A stretch of DNA of 21,233 nucleotides from a virus. This document shows, one piece after another, positions 5,735 to 14,235 of the stretch (within the stretch, counting starts at the first letter, position 1; each line of letters opens with the position of its first letter). The notes under the pieces are model-generated. The model searched no databases, was not told the DNA's origin, and saw only the letters and a program-made list of their open reading frames with translations. The DNA is taken from the IMG/VR virus record IMGVR_UViG_3300006598_000430, positions 1-21,233 of that record; one strand, written 5' to 3'. The position numbers and the translations under genes were made by a program.

Positions 5735-7126
5735 TCAACTTTGTTTTTTAATCCATGTTAGGCGACCGCCGATAATCGAATGCGAAAACACAGGCGAATA
5801 GCTCAAATTCAGATAGAAAGGCCCCGCATTACCCGCACTAGTCCAAGACCCGCCGAAACTACCCAAGAAACCCGCCTGAAGACACGCATAATCACAATAG
5901 TAGGTAGTTTCCGATCCACCATTATTGACTGTGACAAACCCGGTTTCGTTTGCTCCGTGAATATCCTTGATATACCCATCAACATTGCTGGCAAACCCAG
6001 TGCCATATTCTATATAATTATATGGTTTAGGATCAGCATCAACCCACATTTCACCGTCCTGCTGATAAGGAACAATATTAAACTCATCAGTTGCAATCCA
6101 CAACTTTCTAGCAGGATCAGTATTCGCCGTAGACCATATTCCATCTACCCAATAACGTATATTGCCCCAAAAATCTTCAATACCACAGAATTTAATCTGC
6201 TCGGTTCCATTAGTAGAACCATAAAACATACCAGAAGTATTACGTGCTCCTGTTATCTTTAAAACTGATGCGTCTACATTACCTCTACCAAGTGCAGTCT
6301 GCCCATCAAGGCTCTTGAAGAAAATAACATATAAAATCTGTAGTAACTGCATCTGATAGAATAGAAACTGCTCATATCCCTCACCATTTGCTTGTGCATA
6401 TGTTCTAAATGCAGCGTGTGTTTTGGAATTAGTAGGTGTTTTACCTGACAGGGAACGCATTTTACCATCAATTACAGCACCAGGATATGCACCAATATAA
6501 ATATTATCTTCGACATTTACACCGCGCGTATGAGCAAGACAAACAAACCCTTTACGCTCAACTCTGCTCATTTGGATGATTCTTTCAGTTCCATTTTCAC
6601 TGAATTTCCAAAACATTTTTGGAATTTCAATCATTACATCTCCATCAAGACCAGATGTAATATCAGCATTAGAACCATCAATCTTTTTTGTATAATCATT
6701 AGGATCAAGATAATAATTTACCGCATCATCCTTGAATACACAAGGACGAATACCTAATGATTTAAACGGCAATTCCCAAGAACCCCAATCAAAGTTACCA
6801 TCATTGCCCCGCATAGGGACAAATCCCGCTGCATCATCAGTATAGGTAACACTTGTTTCAGGATTCTGATTAATGGTATCAATCTTGACACCGTAGATAT
6901 TATTGCTTGAAACTGTTAAAACGTCATCTATTCTTTCATTTAACATTGTAATATCATTCTGGTTGGCGAATCTAACGATAGTATTCCAACCACTTGTTCC
7001 ATCACCTATTTTGAGTACACCTGTATCAGTTTCATACCCCAATTCGCCATTCTTAAGAACGGCACTTTCTGCTAACCAATTATTGCGCGTATCGCGTCTA
7101 ATCTGTATTGATGCTTTTCTAGGCAT
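5735..7126 (-). CDS. DGR target: Mtd-like tail fibre/receptor-binding protein with a C-terminal C-type-lectin-fold variable domain
   Basis: N-terminus IQIRRDT..NW....VLKNGELGYETDTGVLKIGDG..GWN resembles the Mtd N-terminal domain. Later come YIGAYPG, GIEDFWGNIRYWVDG and FGGSW...GPFYL...IGGRL, as in CLec-type DGR targets. It contains the VR. Confidence 0.9.
   Translation of the reverse strand: MPRKASIQIRRDTRNNWLAESAVLKNGELGYETDTGVLKIGDGTSGWNTIVRFANQNDITMLNERIDDVLTVSSNNIYGVKIDTINQNPETSVTYTDDAAGFVPMRGNDGNFDWGSWELPFKSLGIRPCVFKDDAVNYYLDPNDYTKKIDGSNADITSGLDGDVMIEIPKMFWKFSENGTERIIQMSRVERKGFVCLAHTRGVNVEDNIYIGAYPGAVIDGKMRSLSGKTPTNSKTHAAFRTYAQANGEGYEQFLFYQMQLLQILYVIFFKSLDGQTALGRGNVDASVLKITGARNTSGMFYGSTNGTEQIKFCGIEDFWGNIRYWVDGIWSTANTDPARKLWIATDEFNIVPYQQDGEMWVDADPKPYNYIEYGTGFASNVDGYIKDIHGANETGFVTVNNGGSETTYYCDYACLQAGFLGSFGGSWTSAGNAGPFYLNLSYSPVFSHSIIGGRLTWIKKQS
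5761..5891 (-). repeat. DGR variable repeat (VR) at the 3' end of the fibre gene
   Basis: Encodes YACLQAGFLGSFGGSWTSAGNAGPFYLNLSYSPVFSHSIIGGR and differs from TR only at TR adenines. Confidence 0.95.
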
Positions 7127-7299
7127 TAAGCGTCACCACCATCAATTACCGATAAATCATCACCAATCGCTAACAAATATTGCTGACGATTATCCTTGAA
7201 GATAGGAATAATATGTATAACAACCGTATTATCAATCAATTCAACAGCAGTTTCAAGTTCTGTTAATGTTTCATAAATAGTAACAATCCACTTAACCAT
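7126..7299 (-). CDS. 57-aa hypothetical protein (not in the ORF track)
   Basis: GGTGA SD then MVKWIVTIYETLTELETAVELIDNTVVIHIIPIFKDNRQQYLLAIGDDLSVIDGGDA*. Its TAA overlaps the ATG of the DGR target (TAATG). Confidence 0.65.
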   Translation of the reverse strand: MVKWIVTIYETLTELETAVELIDNTVVIHIIPIFKDNRQQYLLAIGDDLSVIDGGDA

Positions 7300-7300
7300 G

Positions 7301-7657
7301 TTATTTCACCTCAACTATATATTTATCAGAAGTATATTTCCACGTAACAGAATCAACCGTTTTATCGGTTGCCTCGCCAATCTTGAACTGGATTACATGC
7401 TTACCCATCTGCTTACGCTTGTAAGGATACCAGAACCAAATTGCAAGACTCTTATTTTTCTCTAGAATATTCGTGGTAAGCATCTGATCCAGAATATCAT
7501 CCACAAATACACCAATCGTTATTCTACCTATTTCTGTTCCCTTCACACTGAAGAATACTTTAAAATCCTTCAGGTAAGGAATCACCTTCAATGGACGAGG
7601 CGATTTAACAGAATTGCACCAAACCTTTTCAATATAAGCATTACCAAATTCATTCAT
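7301..7657 (-). CDS. Hypothetical beta-rich protein (possibly Ig-like)
   Basis: GGTGA SD 5 nt before the ATG at 7657. Alternating hydrophobic beta pattern with GKHVIQFKIG. Confidence 0.55.
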   Translation of the reverse strand: MNEFGNAYIEKVWCNSVKSPRPLKVIPYLKDFKVFFSVKGTEIGRITIGVFVDDILDQMLTTNILEKNKSLAIWFWYPYKRKQMGKHVIQFKIGEATDKTVDSVTWKYTSDKYIVEVK

Positions 7658-7671
7658 AATAATCACCTTAA

Positions 7672-9513
7672 TTATTTTACTTCAACTTTACATTTTTGCG
7701 AAAAATAAACAGCACTAAGAAAAGCCAAATCTTGTGAGTTAATTGTATTATTATCCTCAAGGGGAATAACAAAAGGAATTACATATGAATTACCCGTAAC
7801 ATTATTTGTTGTTTCAATAATACCATTATTAATCCCACTTACAAAATCATGAGATTTAATTAAACCACCAACAAAAGTTGGTTCAAATAATACAATAACA
7901 CCATTATCCTTTTCCATGATTAACTTGGAATTGGTTTCAATAGTATAATGATTTCTAAAATTACCAACAATGTCTTTTTTGATAATGAAATTAAATGGTG
8001 TAACTTCTACTGTGTCATATTCTTTTGCACTTGTAGACATTGAGGTTGCATTACCTGTGTCTAATTCGAAAGTAAACTTCAGGTAATTAGGTTTAATTTC
8101 TTTAAACTTGATTATAACACGATTATCACCAAACGCTTTATTGTAAAAAGAACCAACTTCAATTACATTGTTGTTTGTTATACTAAAGAGTTTAGCATTT
8201 TTCCAGGTAGTCTGTTTGATCACCCACCGCATTATAGGGTTCTGAACAACAATGTCACCTACAAAGTCATGTTCAGGATTATAAATCTGCTTCCATTCGG
8301 ATTCTTCAGAACCCGTAGTAATAGTATCAAATACCTTACACTCACTTACATTATATTCTCCTCCTATATCAAATGCAACACGTGCTCTCTTTTCGGGTAA
8401 GAGAAATCCATAGTTAACTGCAATATTAGATAAATCATCAGTTTCTTTTTGAACTTTGATTGTATACGTTAAACCCTTTTGTGTAATATTAAACGGTTTA
8501 GTTTTAACAACAGTCCACTCACCATTTATCGGTTGATTTCTTTTTTCATCAGTTATTAATATATGAGAATGTGAACTTTCTTCAAACAAAGTTGTTGCAC
8601 GTAAATTAACTGTATTGTCTAATGATGTTATTGTAGTTATAAGATCATACAATGATTCTTTAGTTGAAAACGTCCATTTTCCATCGTTTAAAACATCAGT
8701 TTCTTCATCATTGCCTTCAAAGGTATACAAATCATCTACCACAACATTATCCCCGCTTAAAACAACGATACGTACGTCTGATGCGATTATAGCATCACTC
8801 TTCATGCGTAAGACTACACGGTAAGAACCAAGAGGGACATCCACACCCGATACAAACGTGTAAGAAATATATTCATCTTTTGCATCGAGTAAGTTGTAAG
8901 TCAGTTTATACGCGGTAGCATCATACTGTGGAGTATCAGAATCCGAATGCGTAACATCACCAGGATAGAATGCAGGGAACGGTCTATAAATCGGTATGTC
9001 TCCTGCCATAAATGCAGGGGCAGACAACTTTACACTATCCTGTGAAGTCTTGACTCTTACATTTGTAGCGCCCACGGGAAGAGCAACATGCGGAGGGAAC
9101 TCAATGTTAAAATCATTATCCCGCATTTCAGTTTCTACTTCCACAATGCGCTCATACTTGCTTGCAGGAAGATACTTACCTTCCACTGAATAATTCCTTA
9201 CACCTAACTCTTCTGAAGTTTCAGGAGCATCAGCACCTTCAATCTCAATGAAACCATCTAAGTCTGCATATTTCGTGTAGCAATATCCAGCAGAACGATA
9301 CTGTAATGCTTCTACATCTTCCGCATACTGTTCATCAGTCTTTTCACCATCATTGTAAAGATAACCTTCAAGAGTAATAGGTTGCAGATTCCTACGAATA
9401 GAAACAGTTCTCGGTTCTTTAGCGTTAATACCTGCAATCTCTTTTGTTATCTTTGAGACAGATTTCTTATCAATGTTGGAAAGAATTGGTAAATAAATAT
9501 CACCTATATACAT
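7672..9513 (-). CDS. Tail/baseplate protein, paralog of 10282-13185
   Basis: 613 aa starting MYIGDIYLP and sharing several blocks with the 967-aa protein. Confidence 0.7.
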   Translation of the reverse strand: MYIGDIYLPILSNIDKKSVSKITKEIAGINAKEPRTVSIRRNLQPITLEGYLYNDGEKTDEQYAEDVEALQYRSAGYCYTKYADLDGFIEIEGADAPETSEELGVRNYSVEGKYLPASKYERIVEVETEMRDNDFNIEFPPHVALPVGATNVRVKTSQDSVKLSAPAFMAGDIPIYRPFPAFYPGDVTHSDSDTPQYDATAYKLTYNLLDAKDEYISYTFVSGVDVPLGSYRVVLRMKSDAIIASDVRIVVLSGDNVVVDDLYTFEGNDEETDVLNDGKWTFSTKESLYDLITTITSLDNTVNLRATTLFEESSHSHILITDEKRNQPINGEWTVVKTKPFNITQKGLTYTIKVQKETDDLSNIAVNYGFLLPEKRARVAFDIGGEYNVSECKVFDTITTGSEESEWKQIYNPEHDFVGDIVVQNPIMRWVIKQTTWKNAKLFSITNNNVIEVGSFYNKAFGDNRVIIKFKEIKPNYLKFTFELDTGNATSMSTSAKEYDTVEVTPFNFIIKKDIVGNFRNHYTIETNSKLIMEKDNGVIVLFEPTFVGGLIKSHDFVSGINNGIIETTNNVTGNSYVIPFVIPLEDNNTINSQDLAFLSAVYFSQKCKVEVK

Positions 9514-9618
9514 TGTAACACCTTTTTATTATTTTTTAGACGAATTATAATTTATATTAAGTAATTATATTTTTGGGGTCGGTCATGAAAGATAATTGGG
9601 GAGGGGTATTTATAAGGG

Positions 9619-10275
9619 TTACCATGCGCCTGCTTCGGAGAACACCTTGCACGCTACAATGTTGGTGGCTCGGGACGAGTAGATGTGGATCTCGGCCACG
9701 CTCGGCCCTCCCCCCGACGTACCTCCAGCGGATAGTTTTATATCCAACGTATCCCCAGCCTTAAATCCCCCCGTCGTGTTAAACGACATCCACTGGTAAA
9801 GATCATACCGCTCTCCGATTGGTGCAGACCCGATAGGTACGCCATTACAATAGACTGTTATTGTCCCTGCGTTGGGTATCGTCCTGGGATTGACCGCTTT
9901 AACGTGGAGAGTGCAATTTGATGCAATGGTGGAGCTATAGTTCGACGGAACAATAACCGACATTAATGTGACCGTCTGCCCTGGGCTGCACCCTATTGTC
10001 TCTATCTGGGATTTCCGGAGTGTCGTTAATCCAGCAACATCGACAAATTCTGATCTCGCCCCGACATTCCCAGCGAGCGTGTCGATCGCCCCGACATTCG
10101 TGATGTTCTTCCCGTTCCAGTCCTTGTCTGCGTCAATCGTCGTCCCACTTATTTTTAATGCTTTATCTAATTCAGTATCAATCTTATCCCAATTTTCATT
10201 AACCGGAATATGCCAATCAACATCACCGTTTGCCGGTTTTGCTAAATTTAATTTCGGAGTATAAGTATTTGCCAT
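9619..10275 (-). CDS. Second tail fibre/receptor-binding protein with a GC-rich C-terminal module
   Basis: N-terminus TPKLNLAKPANGDVDWHIPVNENWDKIDTEL is a typical fibre anchor motif. GGTGA SD. Confidence 0.7.
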   Translation of the reverse strand: MANTYTPKLNLAKPANGDVDWHIPVNENWDKIDTELDKALKISGTTIDADKDWNGKNITNVGAIDTLAGNVGARSEFVDVAGLTTLRKSQIETIGCSPGQTVTLMSVIVPSNYSSTIASNCTLHVKAVNPRTIPNAGTITVYCNGVPIGSAPIGERYDLYQWMSFNTTGGFKAGDTLDIKLSAGGTSGGGPSVAEIHIYSSRATNIVACKVFSEAGAW

Positions 10276-10281
10276 GTTTAA

Positions 10282-13185
10282 TCACCTGTATGATTTATAC
10301 TTTCTATTTAACAAGTTTGAACCAAATTCTTTAGGTTCAAGATTTCTATAATAGTTTTGTTCATTAAACGATGCAAAGGAGAGATTTGTTGGTGTTATAA
10401 TCTCACTACCTTCTGTATTTGATACAGGAATGAGTGCTGCATAAGTAATCAAGTTCAATGGGTAATACCCACTGATTGTTTTATTAATAGTAATAACAGC
10501 ATTATCACCAATATCAGACTCTTTCAGTTCAATAACATGGTTATATGACGTTAATACTGTATCACCGCCTATCATTACACTTTTTGCAGATGTATCAATG
10601 GCTAATGTTGTATCATCGGTCAAATTAACAAATGAAAATTCAAGTTCACTTGCTGCACTTGTAGAAATTGTCTGAACGGTTAAATTATAACGTCCAATAT
10701 CTATATCTGTTCCAATTATACCATCAAATATTGTTATTTTCTGTGATGCAGCCGCTCCGCCATGTGAAGTGCCGGTCATTACAGTAAACGGATAACCTAC
10801 ATTTTCATAAACCATTGAATCGGTTACTTCTAAATCATAGATTAAAACATTAATATTGCCTGCACCTGCTACTGAAGATCGAATAAATAAACCCGCATTA
10901 CCATATTCAAACATTTCATCGCCAGTATAGGTTATTAATGGTGTAGATGGTTTTGTGTCGGTTCCAAGGTAGAAATATATTTCAAATGTGCGGTTTTCAT
11001 TATTATACTCACATTCAAGGTAATACATTGTTGTTACATATGCCGTAACAGTTTCTATTGCAGCGACAACTTCACTACCATCTGCACCATAACCATATTC
11101 ACCATATCCATCTACACCATATGAACCTTCACTTCCTGCATTCTGATTAAACTTAAGCAATTTAACCTTTGATTTATTACCACCTGAAGATTGTGTTGCA
11201 TCAAGTTCTAAACAACAAACATAATAGGTATTATCATAAGTAGGATCACCGGCAATTATAATACCTGCTTCACGGGTAATGGTCTTTGCATTAAGAAATT
11301 CTAATCTGATTTTATAATTACCTGTTCCTAATTTGAAATTCTTTAATTTCTTGGTAATTAGTGCATCACTATCACTCGTTATCCAAACACCAACACCATA
11401 CTTATATGCATACGCTTCTGTAAATGCACTACCATTTTCTACATCATATTCAGCAGAAGAATCAACAGCAAAATTATCAAATATCCTATTAGACTGCACG
11501 TTTGATAATGTAACATCAGTAGTATTTTGGAATATATATTCAGAACCCTGGTAACCTGAAATCATGAAGAGTGTAAACATAAAATTGCCCGACTCAACAG
11601 TATTGTTTACATACATTCCACCTTCACCAAGCACTAATGCACTACTATTCTTTGATTTACAAATACCTGCAATACATTCATCAAATATTATTGTAAAGAT
11701 ACCATTCTCACTTGTATGTTCAGTGTTTGCTAACGATGATGTTACCATTAAATCAGAAGGCGCACTAATCGCCTTCCATGAGGGCATAGTGCTGAAATCA
11801 ACATGCCAATCCCATTTGAATGAACCATTACGGATTAATTCAAAGGTAACATACAACGGAGTGAAACGAGCAAGAACTATCTCTCTACAATCTTCTGCAC
11901 CTGCATCTGATTCACCATTAAACAGAGAAAACTCAATCTCTACAAGATCAGGACGAATCTCCTTTATAATGTAACTGACATCATTGTTTTTGAATGCACG
12001 CGGATATAATCTTCCTACCTGATTATTGATGAGATTGGTTAACTCACCTGTATTATCCCAAACCTCATTTGTATCCACATGCCAACGGAAGAATGAGTTT
12101 TGAATTACTATACCCGTAGAGAAGTCATGGTTGTAATTAAACACTTGTTTCCATTCAGATTCATTTGTAGAACCATTAGTGTCAAACACCTTGACATTAC
12201 CACAATCTACTTCAGTTTCATTCTCAAATACTACCTTTGCAGTATAGGTAGGAAGAATGAATCCGTAGTTCACTTCAATAGTGTTTGCAGTATCAGTCAG
12301 TTTCTTGATGTCTACGGTTAATGTCTCATGCGTAATAACTTCAAACTCTGATGTTTCAATCGTAACCCAATGAGTATCACCCGTAGTAAAGGTTTCATTA
12401 ATCAGTTCACCACTTACACTACCTGTTACGATTACACCAATATCATCTGTTACATTTAAATCTTGTAAGCGGAATACAATCTTATAACGTCCCTTTGGTA
12501 AATCTGTGCCTACAACGGTAGTCCATTCGGTTTTTTCATCCTGTGCATTGAGCACTGTTACATAACAACCGTAAGCAGACTCCATGTAAGTCTTATCACC
12601 TGTGGATGATGCTGTTACATAGTTATCAGAGTCAAAAATAGGGAACGGTTTAAAGATGGATATTTTACCATCACTACCAACAGTTCCATACCACTCATCA
12701 ATAAACATGATTTCCCAGGGTGACTTGATTCTGACATTGGTTGCACTTGTAGGAAGAGCAATGATTGGAGGGAACTGTATTGCAAGATCACTCTCAACAT
12801 AATCAGTCTCTACACGGTATGAACATTCATAACGAGTAGCAGGAAGGAACTTGCCTGTTCCACTAAACTCACGCGCATTCTGATTCTCTACCGTGTCAGG
12901 AATATCAACATCATTGAGGACAAAGTAACCCTTCTTATTATTATACTCAACAATATTGTAGGCAGAATTACGTATCAATACCGCTTCAAGATCATCAGCG
13001 TAATCATCCGAAGTCTTACTTCCATATGCTGCTGCAACACCCGCTATAGTAAGTTCTTTCAGTTTCGGTGCAGTCTCATCAAGATCAGCATCGCCAGAGA
13101 TGAAGTTAGTTTCCTTACTTTCTTTGGTGGTTTTATTTGCTGAAAATTCCGAAACATACGGAATATAAATATCTCCAATATACAT
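10282..13185 (-). CDS. Large tail/baseplate protein with a probable lectin-like beta-sandwich insertion
   Basis: 967 aa directly after the hub gene. Paralogous to 7672-9513, with extra C-terminal domains. Confidence 0.7.
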   Translation of the reverse strand: MYIGDIYIPYVSEFSANKTTKESKETNFISGDADLDETAPKLKELTIAGVAAAYGSKTSDDYADDLEAVLIRNSAYNIVEYNNKKGYFVLNDVDIPDTVENQNAREFSGTGKFLPATRYECSYRVETDYVESDLAIQFPPIIALPTSATNVRIKSPWEIMFIDEWYGTVGSDGKISIFKPFPIFDSDNYVTASSTGDKTYMESAYGCYVTVLNAQDEKTEWTTVVGTDLPKGRYKIVFRLQDLNVTDDIGVIVTGSVSGELINETFTTGDTHWVTIETSEFEVITHETLTVDIKKLTDTANTIEVNYGFILPTYTAKVVFENETEVDCGNVKVFDTNGSTNESEWKQVFNYNHDFSTGIVIQNSFFRWHVDTNEVWDNTGELTNLINNQVGRLYPRAFKNNDVSYIIKEIRPDLVEIEFSLFNGESDAGAEDCREIVLARFTPLYVTFELIRNGSFKWDWHVDFSTMPSWKAISAPSDLMVTSSLANTEHTSENGIFTIIFDECIAGICKSKNSSALVLGEGGMYVNNTVESGNFMFTLFMISGYQGSEYIFQNTTDVTLSNVQSNRIFDNFAVDSSAEYDVENGSAFTEAYAYKYGVGVWITSDSDALITKKLKNFKLGTGNYKIRLEFLNAKTITREAGIIIAGDPTYDNTYYVCCLELDATQSSGGNKSKVKLLKFNQNAGSEGSYGVDGYGEYGYGADGSEVVAAIETVTAYVTTMYYLECEYNNENRTFEIYFYLGTDTKPSTPLITYTGDEMFEYGNAGLFIRSSVAGAGNINVLIYDLEVTDSMVYENVGYPFTVMTGTSHGGAAASQKITIFDGIIGTDIDIGRYNLTVQTISTSAASELEFSFVNLTDDTTLAIDTSAKSVMIGGDTVLTSYNHVIELKESDIGDNAVITINKTISGYYPLNLITYAALIPVSNTEGSEIITPTNLSFASFNEQNYYRNLEPKEFGSNLLNRKYKSYR

Positions 13186-14235
13186 TTATCTCCACCTCTC
13201 AATTAAATTCATACGACGCTTCAAATCATCAAGTATAGTCTCTAATCGTTTCTTTGGTCTATCAAGGGTAATACTACACTTTTCATGAGTAATTTCCATT
13301 TCAATAATCTCATACGTGCCAGCGATGAATGCAGGTTCATTTATAGTAACGTGACAACCAAGTTCAATCACCTTTGAGTAGAACAAGTCGGGATCAACAT
13401 TAATCGTAAGTGATGCAAGTTTATTCTGTTTACTCAATTCATCCTTTGCACGTTTCTCACATGCTGCTGCATCCGCACAAGAATCATCTGTAATAACAAT
13501 AGTGGGACTAGTGCCTACACTTGCCTCACCAGTAATACCATTCTTACCGATTACAATAACCTTCTGTGTAGGATTGACATTAATCTCAATTTCGGGAATG
13601 TCGATGATTGCATTGGTTATATCGCATGTTTTCTTACTCCAAACATGACTTGACTTGTTACTACGGGTGCAACCATTTACACCAATGAAAACCTCACTTC
13701 CTACCGTCCACACATCACATGCAGTCTGTTCAGAGACAATGTTAGCAGAATCGGTTGTATACTTACCATTTGCATCCAGGCCACAAACACAATTCTCTGC
13801 AAGCAGACGTAACCATTCATAGCGATTGAGTTTGTCACCTTTTAATTCAGGAATAATCTGTATTGGCACGTAACCCACTGTAAACGCTGTATTAGCAAGG
13901 ATCTCTGACAAGATGATGTTAGAGGTGGTTGAGGTGTAAGTGATGTCAAAACTTGCATTTTTACTCATCAAATCATAGTCAAATGATAACTTGTAGGCAA
14001 GTTCATCCAGAGTAATGTTGTATTTATTGTTCAAGTAATCAAAATTGATTTTGTTGATTACGCCAGTGAATATTTCCATCCCATCAACAATCAACATCAA
14101 CTCTGACTCACTCTGAAGTGTGTAGTAGTCTTTTGCAGAGATGGTAACAATGCAATATTTCTTCTCATTGCTCTTCAGAGTAACCGTGTAAGAATTGACA
14201 TTATAATCACGTAGTCCACGGAGAACTGCCTTCAT
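13186..14235 (-). CDS. Baseplate hub/Tal-like tail protein
   Basis: 349 aa directly after the tape measure gene (ATGA overlap). It has FTGVINKI, KVIVIGKNG and C-terminal RRLETILDDLKRR-like features of hub proteins. Confidence 0.55.
   Translation of the reverse strand: MKAVLRGLRDYNVNSYTVTLKSNEKKYCIVTISAKDYYTLQSESELMLIVDGMEIFTGVINKINFDYLNNKYNITLDELAYKLSFDYDLMSKNASFDITYTSTTSNIILSEILANTAFTVGYVPIQIIPELKGDKLNRYEWLRLLAENCVCGLDANGKYTTDSANIVSEQTACDVWTVGSEVFIGVNGCTRSNKSSHVWSKKTCDITNAIIDIPEIEINVNPTQKVIVIGKNGITGEASVGTSPTIVITDDSCADAAACEKRAKDELSKQNKLASLTINVDPDLFYSKVIELGCHVTINEPAFIAGTYEIIEMEITHEKCSITLDRPKKRLETILDDLKRRMNLIERWR

Noticed and set aside
5780-6262. 160-aa plus-strand ORF, and other antisense ORFs such as 2491-2922, 11564-11974, 15739-16158, 16414-16905 and 18625-18957
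   Set aside because: They lie opposite well-supported genes, lack SDs and show no recognisable motifs; they are shadow ORFs.
7301-7666. 121-aa ORF upstream of the target as a possible Avd
   Set aside because: The size fits, but the pattern is beta-strand-like rather than a helical bundle.
9514-9618. AT-only palindrome AATTATAATT and TATA-like words in the gap after the second fibre
   Set aside because: An internal promoter is possible, but such words are expected by chance in a very AT-rich gap.
7672-13185. A second VR in another tail gene
   Set aside because: I saw no TR-like sequence elsewhere by eye. A relaxed nucleotide search of TR against the full genome is needed to exclude remote targets.
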